A stretch of 58,392 nt of DNA, taken from Macrostomum lignano (taxonomy: Eukaryota). Position 1 is the stretch's first letter. Each line of letters starts with the position of its first letter. The DNA is taken from NCBI GenBank assembly GCA_002269645.1, contig NIVC01001050.1, positions 1 through 58,392 on the forward strand, written 5' to 3'. The notes under the pieces are model-generated. The model saw only the letters and a list, made by a program, of their open reading frames with translations. It was not told the DNA's origin and did not search any database. Below are positions 43,261-56,059 of this stretch, in pieces. Both the position numbers and the translations under genes were made by a program.

Positions 43261-44076
43261 GCAGTACAAACAATACTACCTTTTCTCCCACAGCAGCACA
43301 AGTCCTCTGATGGCCCGACCCCGGCGAAACAGGTCAAGAGCCCTGATGCCACTGAGACTGTGTCGCTAAGCGCTGCTGCAGACGCCTCCAAGACGTTCAC
43401 TCCAGCGCTCAGTCAGCAGTATCGCGAGCGAATCCGGCCAGTGCTGAACAGCATCGATCGTCTCCGGTCGCACGGCCTACAAAATGAGCTCCGCCTGCCC
43501 ACAGTAGCCGTTGTGGGCGACCAATCGGTGGGCAAATCCAGCGTGCTGGAGGCCATCTCGGGCGTGGACTTGCCGCGCGGTAGCGGCATTGTGACTCGCT
43601 GCCCGCTGCAGCTGAGCATGCGCTCAAAGCCAACTGGAGACTGGACTGGTAGGATTAGGTGAGCATTTTTATAGTTCTATCAATTCACCTTCTTAGAACT
43701 CCTTTCTGAATTGACATTAAATGCACATAAAAAATATCTTGCAAATATTAGCAAATTTTGACAGATTTGACAGCGCGGGTATTTGTCTTGCTAAAAAACA
43801 TTTTCTCAATTACACTGCATGATATGAAATACCAGCAATGAGGCTATTCTGCCCTTTCTACTGACCCCTGAGTACATACAAGAGCGCCAGTAATGTACAC
43901 AGGCACGCAACTCCCACACACTCACACAAGGTGCACAGGGGCCCCGCACGGACAACCAACTGGCCAATATTTGTCCCAAATGAATGTGGCCGCACAGGCC
44001 CGAAATGAACTAGCTTCCTTTCTGCTGAAAACTAGCAGGCACTTTAGATTGAAATGAAAAATCAAAGTTGAAAAGT

Positions 44077-44811
44077 AAAGGGGATGTGAACTTGGGATTC
44101 AAAAATGGAGCCCGAAACATTCTGTCCCGGTTTCTCTACGCCAATCCCTTCATTTGGAGCCAAAAAGCTGCCGTTATGCCGAAAACCCGGCCAGTTTAGC
44201 ATTTGAGGATCCCTATGAGGAGAAATGGGATTAATGGGGAAGAATTCATGTGAAGTTCAGGTTCCAGAATGGAGCATGAAGCATTGGGTCCCGGTTTCTC
44301 TACGCCAATGCCTTCATTTGGAGCTTCAAACGCTTAAAAAACGAGATGACCATGATATACGCTCCCTTTTTGGCACTTTTCATGTTTGTACGAAGAATAG
44401 GAGCGATAGTAATGTTATGTCATGCCCCCAACATGTTGTTTCTTAATAATGCCTGTGTTATCTTCCCCACCTCAGCTCTCATTGTGTTCCCCCGTTTTGC
44501 TGGAGACTTAAATAGCGTCAAGGGGGGTTTGTATCACACATATTAGACCGACGATTTCTACCTCGACGAAGTGGAGGTTAACCCGAAGTTTTGAGACGGA
44601 GGGTGGTAAACATCATTTTCGCACATTTATATCGTGTCAAAGGTGCAAAGCTTCCCCACAACCATTTCTCCCCATAGAGATCCCCAAATGCTAAAGTGTT
44701 CGGGTTTTCGCATGACGGCAGCTTTTTGGCTCCAAATGAAGGGATTGGCGTAGAAAAATCAGGACCGAATGTTTCGAACTCCATTTTGACTCTTAAGTTC
44801 ACATCCCCTTT
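44077..44811. mobile_element. Same MITE in Mx3 intron 2
   Basis: Same TIRs at the orthologous position. Confidence 0.8.
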
Positions 44812-46585
44812 GTAAACTGCTGCTGGGCAGCACATCATTTGCCTTCGTCGAGAAAACGTTCTTCCAGTACTCCAGGCTGCAAAATTACAAAGATACGTGG
44901 GTTAAGGTATTTCAAAAGTCATTCCAATGTCTTCAAAGTTAACCAGCTGTAATTTCACAAGTGTCGTTTCCTTCTCTCCTAAGAGCCTTTTCTGACAAGA
45001 CACCCTTCCAACCCCCGACAACAGCTACCAAAATCGCAAGGGCGAGCACGTCGAGCGTGAAATATCGAAAAAATGTGAAGTAGACGAAATGGTGCGCAAA
45101 GTACAAAACGAAATCACTGGCGACTCGAACGGCGTATCTACGGAGCAGATCGACCTGACCATTGAGAGCGCGGATGTGTCTGACCTCACTCTGGTTGACC
45201 TGCCCGGCATTGCCAGGTACTCTGAGAAGAATCCGAAGATCAACGAGGTTACCAAGCAGCTGATTCTGTCTTACATCAGCCAGGACCAGGTGATCATCCT
45301 GGTTGTTGTACCCTGCAGCGTGGACATCGAGACAGTGGAGGCCATTGCTCTAGCCAAACAGGTGGACCCAGGGGGCACCAGGACGATCGGAGTCCTGACT
45401 TGCCCGGACCTGACCAACCCTGGCAGCGAGGAGGACATCAAAGCCATCGTCAACAACCAAGGCAGAGTGCGACTGCACAAAGGCTTTGTCATGGTGAAAT
45501 GCCGCAGCCCCAAGGAGCTCAGGAACAACATTAGTCTGAGCGAGGTGGCCAAAATCGAGGAGGATTATTTCAAAAACGATCCGCACTTCAGCCAGCTGCC
45601 AAAGGATATTGTTGGCACAAAGACGCTGGCAGAGAAGCTGACAAATGAGTTGTTCAAGGCAGTGGCTGCGGGCATTGCGACTTTGGAGGAGAGTCTGAAG
45701 GTAAGCCAACTGAGAAAGTCAGCTCCACGGGGGAGTTGGCGAACTTCGGTCCTCAAAGCCTTTCCATTCGGCCTTTAAATACTTTAAATACTTTATATGC
45801 AATCCGGCCCACTCAAGGTTTATGTATTTTCTCAGCTCTTCTCCACTCTCCCTTCTTCTCTTCACTCTCCCATATTTTCTCTTTCCTCTCTCTTCCCTCT
45901 CTTTTCTTTTTTACTCTCTCCCTCCTATCACCTATAATCAACTAATCCTGTCTCTTCTGATATAAGACTTGATGTGGCTGAATGCTTTCAGGTCAGATTT
46001 CTATTTGGCGCTTGTTTTCTTTTGCGCATGCGTGCTTAGGGTCAACCGAATGTACACGTAATCGTTTTGATTTGACAGCTCGCAAACTGAACTAAATTAA
46101 AAAATTTATTTCTCACAGAGCAAGCTGAAGGACTACGAAGAGGAGCTGAAAGACCTGGAGGACAGTCTGTGCGAGACAGACAGCGACAAGAGAGCCTACC
46201 TGATGCGCAAGCTGCAGCAGTTTGCCTCAAAAGTACACGCCGCCACGGCCAGTCCAGAAGATGAGCGGGACGCATTCGCCACGGGCAGCTCCAGCAGTCT
46301 GTACAGCAGCTGTCTGACTAATTGTTCGAGCTTTGGCTACTCTGTGAGCAGGAGCCAGCCTGGTGAGCTGTTTATTGATTACGAGTTTACTGGCGCACGG
46401 GGCGCTTCTATGCGAAATATAGATTTTAGTTGTAAATACTTGTAACACATACTTGTAACATTAAATACTTGTAACAAGCTTGTATCGTAATCGTCGATTT
46501 TAATCTTGCTTTTGTTTTAGCACAAAATCCATGCACAGTTTAAAAAATGTTTCACTTTATGCTAAACTCGTCGTTGCTTGACGTC

Positions 46586-49500
46586 TGATGTGGATGGACT
46601 CTTATTAGTATATCCATGTCTATGGCCCTGACCTCCACCGCCTACGTGCTAAGAGGCAGGGCGATTAAATATTGTTTTAAGCTCCTTGGCTCGCCACCAG
46701 AGCAGCCCAAATTACATTATACCAAAGCATATAACATGGCATCGCAAGCAGGCACTGAAACCGTGGGCTAAAGCTTCTGGCAAAGAAACCACAAGATACC
46801 CCCAAAGCAGCAGCGCTCTACGTCGGCATCGCCTTCAAGGCAGAAGCCAGAAAAGTCGGAACGATCATCAGCAGCATCAGCAGCATCATCAGCAGCATAC
46901 TCTTGAGGCATACTTCGATTCAGTTAGCATCCAGCACGAGGAATCAGACAGCATCCACGTAACTCGGAAGAAAATGGCAGCTCGACGAGCTTGCATGTTG
47001 AACGCAGTTACATCTGCTACCTTCTCGAAGTATAAGAATCTACCTCTGACGGATCAACAATTCAAGGACCCAGAGATTGTCATGAATTTCATCAGAGATC
47101 ACGTACTCGGACAGGTTAATATCATCGTAGAGAGGAACAGGTTCTGGAAACGGCAACAAAATGACGGAGAAAATTTTAACGACTGTCATGCAATTGAGGG
47201 ACCTGATGCGAACATGTAAGTTCTGTAAGCATTCCAACGACCTACTGAGGGATAAAATTGTGCTATGAGTACGAAATCCGGAGACAATCAAGCATCTATT
47301 AGCACAACCAGATCTCTCTCTCTCGCTGACGCGCTGACAATATGTAGATCAGAGGAAGCCTGTGAGATCCAAAAAATGAAATCTGCACAGCTTCACAGGT
47401 GTCCATAGTGCGCAAACACCGAGGAAAAACTCCAGGTGGGGCTCGATCAAAGACTCCAGAAGCAAAGAAATGCACTGCCTGTGGTAAAGGGCGACATCAG
47501 CGCTCAGAATGTCCCGCCAAGGACAAGAAGTGCTTTAACTGCGGTCGCATTGGACATTTTGGTTCCATGTGCCGGTCCAGTCGCAGCACTGGTCATCCGG
47601 ATAAAAGGCGACCACCGAGAATCTCAACTTTGGTTTCTACACTGGAACCCGCAACCCCAACAGTAGTAGTCTCGATAAATGGGGAGCAGCTGGAAATGAT
47701 GCCCGATACGGGATCCAATATCGATCCAATCCGAGAATGCGATTGCAAAAAGCTCCGCATCCGTGTTGCACAACTAAGGCATGACGCCATATTTCCTAAA
47801 TCAGCCAGTGGACAGTTCATTAAGAGTGACGGCAATTTCTCCGCCACAATAACGCTGAACGGGAAGCACGCAGCGACAAGGATGTGCTGAAGAACTTGGT
47901 CGCGCCAGTGCTGTCCTGGCAGAGCTGTAGAAAACTGGGAATCATCCCTAAAGAGTTTCCAAGTCAGATAAACCAGATAACTCAGGTTCTGACGAATGAC
48001 GGAAGAAAACATACAGAACTGGATTTGATCCAAGAATTCCCGAGGGTCTTCGACGGAGTAATTCGGCCGATGAAGGGCGAAAAATTTTCGATTGTGCTCA
48101 AAATAGGACGCGATCCCATTTTCCGTGAAGACGCCACGCCGGCTATCACTGCCACTGCATGAAAAACTTAAAAACGAACTCGATGCCTTGGAAAGACAGC
48201 AAATTATCTGCAAAATAACAGAGCCGACACCCTGGTGCGCTCCAATAGTCGTAGCCCCGAAGAAGGGCACTGACCGAATTCGTCTTTGCGTAGATTTTAG
48301 AGAGATAAACAAATACGTTCTGAGACCTCGATACTAATCACCAACACCACTGGAAGTTGTGGCCAGCACCAATGTATCCAACGCAGAATGGTTTACAGTT
48401 GTTGATGCATTGAAAGGATCCCATCAAGTACCACTCCACGAAGACAGTATGCCACTGACAACATTTATTACTCCTTATGGAACATACATGTTCAGAATGG
48501 CACCTTTCGGGATCAGCTCTATCTCAGAATATTACAACAGGAGACTGGATAGTGTTCTACAGGGCTTGAAAGATACTCGCCACATTGTGGATGACTGCAT
48601 AATCGCAAGCGCCGACTACGAAAGCCAAATCCAAGCTGTTCGCGAATTTATTTATCGGTGTGACGAGAGTGGAATATCATTGAATAAGAAAAAATTTGTC
48701 TTCGCCAAGAAAAATGTAAAGTTTGCTGGATTTATCCTTACACTAAAGTGCTATCAGGTGGACCCTGACATGACAGCAGCCATTGCTCAATTCCCTGAGC
48801 CATCAAATGTTACAGAATTACGCGCATTTATGGGCCTAGTGAATCAAATAGGACCATTCACAGATTCGATCGCAGAATGTACCTCGATATTAAGACCTCT
48901 ACTGAGCGCGAAGAATTAATTCATCTGGAACGAGGAGCACCAAAAAGCCTTCGATAAGGCACGAATCCATCTGTCTAAAGTCCCATCATTCGCATACTAC
49001 GATCACACGAAGCCAACCGCACTGCACACCGACGCATCAAGGTTGAAGGGACTCGGATTTGTTCTCAAGCAGCAACAACCTGACGGCGCCTGGCGAATGA
49101 TTCAGGCAGGATCACGGTTTCTGGCTGACGCGGAGACGCCGAAGATCGAGCTCGGGGAAGATCGAGCTCGAGTTTCTAGCAATTGTGTGGGCTTCGCAAA
49201 AATGGACTCTCTTGTTTTTTAAGGACTCGATTCATTTCAAATCGTGACTGACCACAAGCCACTTATTCCGATATTAAACGGCTACCAACTAGACCAAATC
49301 GAAAACCCGAGGTTGCAGCGCCTTCGTGCCAAGCTTAATCGCTACAACTATGAAGCAAAATGGGTACGAGGTAAAGACAATGTATATGCCGATGCACTAT
49401 CAAGAGCTCCGATTGCAAATGCAACTGAAGAAGATCAGATTGATGAGAATCAAGCTCTAAGTAGTGTGAATTTGTTGACTATGGTAATGGAAGATAGGGA

Positions 49501-51017
49501 AATTGACTTTAACATGAAGAGAATACAAGAACACGTAAAGAAGGACACAGAAATGCAAGAGCTTATCCAAGTAATAGAGAATGGATTCCCGAACGATAAA
49601 GCTAATCTTCCAGTTAATCTAAGACCGTACTGGCACATTAGACATAAGCTTGTCGTCTAAAACGGAGTCGTTCTCAATGGATGCCGTTGTATCATCCCTA
49701 AAGAAATGCGAAAAGAAGTTTTGAGAACACTACATTCAAGTCACCAAGGTGCTACTAAGACCAAAGCAAGAGCAAGAATGGTCGTCTATTGGCCCAGCAT
49801 GGAACGTCAGATCGATGACACAATAAAGCAATGCAAAGCATGCCAAGAAACCCGTCCAAGTCAGGTCAGAGAACCGATGTTGCCGAGAACTACACCAGCA
49901 AGGTGCTTCCAGGAAGTTCATGCTGACTTTTGTGAACACCGCGGCAGGCAATTCCTAATGATAGTGGACGGATACTCTGGATGGATCAACATATGGAACT
50001 TCGGACAAAATGCTCCGGTTTACAAGCTGATTAACGCGTGCCGTGAGCTATTTTGTCAGACAGCTGTACCGGAATTGTTCTGGTCAGACTCAGGTCCTCA
50101 GTTCGAGGCCAGCGCATTTGGTAACTTTTTGAAGAGATGGGAGTCGAGTCCAGATTCTCATCCCCATACCACCACCAAAGCAACGGGAGAGCCGAAGCGG
50201 CAGTCAAGTCAGCCAAAAAGATCATCAGAGGATCGTGGGATTATCGCAACAATGACATAAACAAGGACAAAATGGCGGAAGGAATACTTATCTATAGAAA
50301 CACACCTATGTATGACGGACGCATTCCTTCTATTATGCTGTATGGACACCCAGCAAGAGAGATTCACTCCTGCTCATCGAAGAAGCTTTAATCCCGAATG
50401 GTACAACACGATTAAACAAATGGAGGACACAGCATCAGAAGTTCACGAGGCTGTGGAGCAAACAAGTCCAAGAGAAGCCTCGATGGAATCCGAATAGGGT
50501 CGACTGTAGTTCTTCAAGAGCCAACAACGAAACTGTGGCAACGGAGAGGAGTAGTGGTAGAGGTCGGAAAAACACCGCGACTACCTGGTAAAGTTGGCGA
50601 GCGGCAGAATACTACGGAGAAACCGCATTTACATACGGCCAACATTGCCACTGACCGCCGACAACTGGAAAATGACAAAGACGACAAACGGCGAAAGTAC
50701 AAGACGTACGGAGACGACTTGTACTACGACGGCCAATCAACCAAGCAAGGAGAAACCTCGAAGTAGCTCGAGAGCAACGAAGGGCATCCCGCCCGCCCGA
50801 CTCCAGTACAGTAGGCTAGGACATCCAAAAGTTAATTTTGTCGAGTGATAAGGACACTGAATTGAAAGGGGAGATGATGTGGATCGACTCTTATTAGTAT
50901 ATCCATGTCTATGGCCCTGACCTCCACCGCCTACGTGCTAAGAGGCAGGGCGATTAAATATATTGTTTTAAGCTCCTTGGCTCGCCACCAGAGCAGCCCA
51001 AATTACATTATATAACA
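46586..51017 (+). mobile_element. Ty3/Gypsy LTR retrotransposon, full-length but frameshifted; LTRs 46586-46736 and 50875-51017, TSD ACGTC
   Basis: TG...CA LTRs; ACGTC at 46581-85 and 51018-22; PBS-like TGGCATCGC after the 5' LTR; PPT GAAAGGGGAGA before the 3' LTR. Gag has two CCHC knuckles (CTACGKGRHQRSEC, CFNCGRIGHFGSMC). Protease DTG, RT (VDALKG...PFGI...IVDD), RNase H (HTDAS, TDHKPL) and integrase (HSSHQG..CKAC, HADF, SDSGPQF, SNGRAE) follow in PR-RT-RH-IN order, with multiple stops and frameshifts. Confidence 0.95.
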
Positions 51018-53325
51018 ACGTCCATGGAAAACTCTCTATTTCAGCCTGGATCATTGACTACTCGAAAAGCGTACCCAATTATGTGTCGGACGAGGTGCAG
51101 CTTAGAAGAGGACGCGAGCTTCCGACTTTCACATTTGTGTTCCCTGTTGTTCAAAAGATTGTATTCGAAGAATATTTGCCAAAAATAGAGAACCTGGCGA
51201 AGTGGCTACTCGATAACGTGCAGTCTAAAGTTACTAAAACGCTTGAAAACCTGGCCGAAAATTGTTTCAAAGCGTTTCCAAGGCTGCTGCTACTTGTGAA
51301 AGAAACTGTTGTCAAGGCGATCGAAGCCCAAGAGGCTGAGTGTCGGACAGATATGGCTAAGCTTATTGCACACGAGCGTCGCTTGTTCACTCAGGACAGC
51401 CAGTTTTCGGAAAAACTGAGTTACGTTACTACACAATGGCAGGAGTTCCTAGCGACACATCGTACTCCTCAGTAAATAATTGCTTTGAATAGGCATGGTG
51501 CCTTCGGACCTGGAGCCCGTTGGTGCAGCAATGTAAAATTCAGTCCATCCTAATACAAGATCCTTAACCATTTCTTGCAGGCGGCTGCCAGCACAAGCCG
51601 CCTCAAGCGACCCATCAAACGAGGAGCGAATTCGCCTGGGAACCAAAGCCTACCTGCTGCTGGCCTGTCAGCGCATCTCGGACACGGTGCCAATGTCGGT
51701 GCTGTGCCACATGCTCGACGGCGTGGCCACAAAGCTGGTTGCCGAGATAACCCGACTGTTTGCCGGCGGCAGCCACCAGGTGGACATCCTGGATCTGCTG
51801 CGAGAGAAGGAGGGCAGGCAGCGGAGGAGGCGCTACCTGACTCAGGCTGCTTGTCAGATGCGCGAGTCCGGAAGGAGCTGCAGAGCGCCAAGCAGAACCG
51901 CATGCTGCTGGAGGACTGAGACAAGCGCCTCTATTTGAGATGAAAAATGGAAGACTGTTCATGCGAACACGAATTTACCTAAATTTATTTTAACTATCTT
52001 TGAAGTGACCACAACTAATACGAGTATACCTTTGAACGGAGACTAACAAAAGTACTTTTGAATGGTAGCTACATGCCACCTCGACCCCGACTGAACAATT
52101 TGATACTTTAGAAATAACCCTGACGACCCCAACTACAAGCGTATCTCGGAACTCTTAAACTCTGGTGGAACGGAAAACTTTATTAGAAATGTCTCAAAAA
52201 ATACCCGAAAATGTTTATCAACTACTTACAGTACTCCTATTCATCTGCTTGTATCCATTTATAACCAGTTTTTAACCAAGTCTTGTAAGCTTTGACGAAG
52301 TTTACAACAGCATCAATTTTTTCTTGTTTTGTCACAGCCTCAGTTTTAATTAGTATTGCATAAATTCCATTTCGCAAAAAATTTGGTAAGTAGTCGTAAT
52401 AAATGACCCTACAAGCATGATCGGAATCTTTTTAGTCATAAATGTTTAATTAAAATTCGCACTTGAGCACATTCTCTTCTCTTTCCTACTTAAAGTAGCC
52501 GCTTATAGAAGATAATGAAATTAATTATCGCTAAAACAAAATCTGATCAATTTTAAATTATTAATAAATACACTTACTTCAGTTTTGCGATAGTTGCGCA
52601 TATGTCCGAGGATCCCGAAATTATGGTATGAAAAGCTATTGTTATCATTAGTTATTTCCCTCAAAATTTAGGGCTAGTTTTTTATTCAAGCTACGAACGC
52701 CAACTGGAAGCAAGCAAGTACAAAGTACAAAAATAGACGCTAGGCTAGACATGAATTGCTTTATTGTCACGGCAATTCTACGGTTTTTCCATGGATTTTC
52801 CGACACAAAGTTCCCTTTTCTGCCGACAACTGAGTGCATTGCAACAATATTGGCATGTTGTACTAAGGTATATCAAAATTCAGGTATGCGCTCGTAATTT
52901 TTGCTTGCGACAATTTTGGACAGTCTTCGATAAGTAACGCATAAAAAAGACAGGCTTAGATACACAAGAATTCAACTGCAATTGATAGTTGGTGTATTTA
53001 CAAATTTTACAGATCCTATGATGAAGCATAAAAAGCAGCTGCGCTTGTATGGGGCCAATTGTTAAATGTCTTTAAAAAAACTTTTTTTCTGAATAAATAT
53101 CGCATTATAAAAAATGAAATTTACAATAAATTACGGAATTAAAAACATCCGAATCGAAATGCATCTGTACACATGATCGTTTTGCTCGGTGGAGCAGCAT
53201 GACGAACCATAAATACATTCATGGCTACTATTAGACATGGATTCGCATTGATATCTAGAAAAAATATCTACAAAGAATATTCGTGCTTTCTGTCTTTGTT
53301 TCGTAGCTGATAGTTCAGCGCCTAG

Positions 53326-54094
53326 TCAATAGCAGCATTCCCTCGGCTCGGACACTTGCCGCAGCGTCCGCTTCATCCGGTCCATATCGGCCATGGTCTT
53401 CTCGCCGAACCGGTAGATTCGCTTTTTGCTGCGCTTCCCAGTGTCCAGGTAGTCGAAATAGCCTTTGGACTTCTCCCTGCGAACTCTGTGGGGAAGAATG
53501 GTTGTTGTTCATCTATTCATGCTTCATTCTTCTCATTAGCAGCAAAGCCAGAAGTTCGGTTCATTACCTCATCGCTCTGGCAAACGTGTCGTAGGTAGCT
53601 TTCTTGTTGCCCTTGATTTTTTTCCACAACAGTCCCATGGTCTCCGTGTCGAGCGTTTTAAAATGGCGACATTCGCCAGACGTCTCGCGTCCGTTCTCGT
53701 CGCAGAAGGCGAGAATCCGTCGAAGATCCTTAGTCTTGTCGCCGTATGTCGAATTAAGCAGAATGGTGAGGATGACCTCGTGCACTTTAAGCTTCGAAGA
53801 CATTTCTTCCGGCTTGCAGTTGCTGCTTCTTTCTGCAATAAGTTGAAAAAAAGGAATTAATGAGTCTACTCGTAAATTCCCTTGCATGTCTTTTGAAATA
53901 CCATGAAGCTCAAAATAGCTTGCGCACCTATGACTTCCTTGATGTAGTCCACCATTTCGTCAATCTCTGCCTCGCGAGCTGAAGAAAACTGCTGGAGCGA
54001 TTCGCAGCTCTCGAAGCCGCTGCTCACAGTCGTTGGACTTGGCGGTTCATCTAGCAGTTGTTTCCTTTGGGAAATCTCCTTGAGTAGAACTTGC

Positions 54095-54127
<33 letters not shown>

Positions 54128-54579
54128 GGCTCAAACATGGGAACGTTCGGCAGGTTGGTAGCACTCCCACGACCAGTTCCATCAGCGTCCTCCATCAGCT
54201 CGTCAAGAAGCTCCTTAGTCTCCTTGTCACAAGAAACTCCTAGTCCGCTAGTATATTGTCGCTCTCCAAACGTCTCACACTTTTCATGCAAAACCGAGCT
54301 GCTCAGCTGAAAGTTTTCATCACCTTGCAGTTGGTTTTCGTCCACAATTTCCTGCAGAAGATCTAGCAGACAGCTGTCATCAATCTCAGGTACACAGACT
54401 TGCTGCTCCGGCCCGGGCGCAGGAATTTCCGGACCTGTAGAATTTTGGCACACGGAGCTTTGCCAACTGAAACTGAAACTGTTCTCGTAGTCCAGTAGAA
54501 GGCCAGCAGTCAGTTCGTTCGAATCGACTTCCATAATATCGAAGTCAGACATGTTGATCTCTGTAGTTTTTTGGCTCAT
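53326..54579 (-). CDS. Divergent ETS-domain protein 1 (358 aa); exons 54579-53928, 53832-53568, 53485-53326
   Basis: Spliced: ...KVHEVILTILLNSTYGDKTKDLRRILAFCDENG...FKTLDTETMGLLWKKIKGNKKATYDTFARAMRVRREKSKGYFDYLDTGKRSKKRIYRFG... This has the ETS pattern (LL, FK.LD.E...LW...K.N...Y....RAMR...R.Y.FG), plus an acidic/polyQ N-terminus like an activation domain. Phases 1 and 2 are consistent. Confidence 0.75.
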
Positions 54580-54660
54580 TTTAGAAGCTTTTATTCAGAG
54601 ATGCTTATTATTGAAGCACGTAGCGAGCCTGCCCCTCGGTTCGGCTGCTCACTGCCCGCT

Positions 54661-54780
54661 TTTATAAATGTTCCTTATGGCTAGTTTGTACCTTGTTGGT
54701 AAGTGTACACTTACTTGTACAGTGTAGCGTCTGGGTATGCATGGCCCAGATTCTGGCTAGTCCACGGGAATTCCGGGGAA
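54661..54780 (-). promoter_or_regulatory. Putative promoter of ETS-like gene 1: TATAAA (54661-66) plus overlapping GGGAATTCC / TTC-N4-GAA (54766-80)
   Basis: Motifs are seen ~80-200 bp upstream of the ATG; function is inferred. Confidence 0.35.
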
Positions 54781-56059
54781 GATACTTGATCTTGCCATTT
54801 TGTCTATAGCTAGCTCTCTTAGTAGACTGTTTACATATTATTAAACTTAATCTATGAGTGAAGCAAAATACTTCCACAAAATTTAATCTGTAAACTCTAG
54901 TCACGGGACCTAAAAACGGTCACAAACAGTATTTGATCAATTTTATGCTTATGGACTATTTCTTTGGACCACAGCTATATTTACATGTATTTTAAATACT
55001 TTACCACATGTAGGGCATTGACTAAAAACATCCAGTAGCATGTTTGTGCAGAAGACACTGCTTTTGAATAACGTCTTCCTGTTTTCAAAGTCTAGTGTCT
55101 AGTGTCAAGTGTCTCGGATATGGCTGCCACTAGTGAAGCAATATTGTTTTGAACTAGTTGGTCATATCTATTAATACAATGTGTTTGAGGCTATTGTGAC
55201 AGAATAGTTACTGTTAGATAGCTTTTTGTGCCTTAAAATCTTTAGAGACGCACATTTTGTGTTTTTTTGTGTCGACTGGAGTACAAGCTATTTTTTTCAC
55301 TCCAGTGGATGCAGGGAGGGCGCTTTTTAGCGGGTGAAAATGTTGTGGGAATTTATTTCGAAGAGCGTACTCTCAGGCCAACCCCATGCGCTCCTTTAAA
55401 GTGTAAGCATTTAGTCTCCCTCAGAATCCGCCCGTTGCTAAAAATATCTACTTACGACACTGCCTGTGCAACATCTCTCCAGCCAATTACAGTATTCACC
55501 AATTCATTATTCAAAGCGAGCTGATGGAGCATGTACGATAATACTCTAAGTAGCTGCGAGGTGTAGCCAAAAAGCTTTAAAAATTCCTACATAATTTGAA
55601 GGTGAACCATCAAATTGGAATGATTGTGGATGAGACAAGGAGTTGCTGAGAAACATTCTCGTTCAATATCTTAGCATGAAGAAGGCGTTCCCAAGATGAT
55701 GCTCACTACGAGCGTATGAGGTTGATTTTGAGGTTCTCAAGGGATTCAGATTTTAAGACCAATTGAAGCCATCAAGGATAGGGTGACATGGGTGCTACTA
55801 AGATGTATCCCAAAGGTGCAGTTGGAATTGATTGATTTCTGCATATACTCTGTTTCGTAATTCAAGCATCAAACGGTTTTCTATAAACGTTTTAAAGATT
55901 TCATTAAAAGCGAAAGTAAACAGTGCATGATTATGTGTACAAATACATGTAGAAACAATATAATTAGCTCAAATTATCACTTGAACAATCAGATTTAACC
56001 GAAATTGCGACTGGATAAAGTTTAGAAGTGTAGCATACTATATTGCATAAAATCATAAT

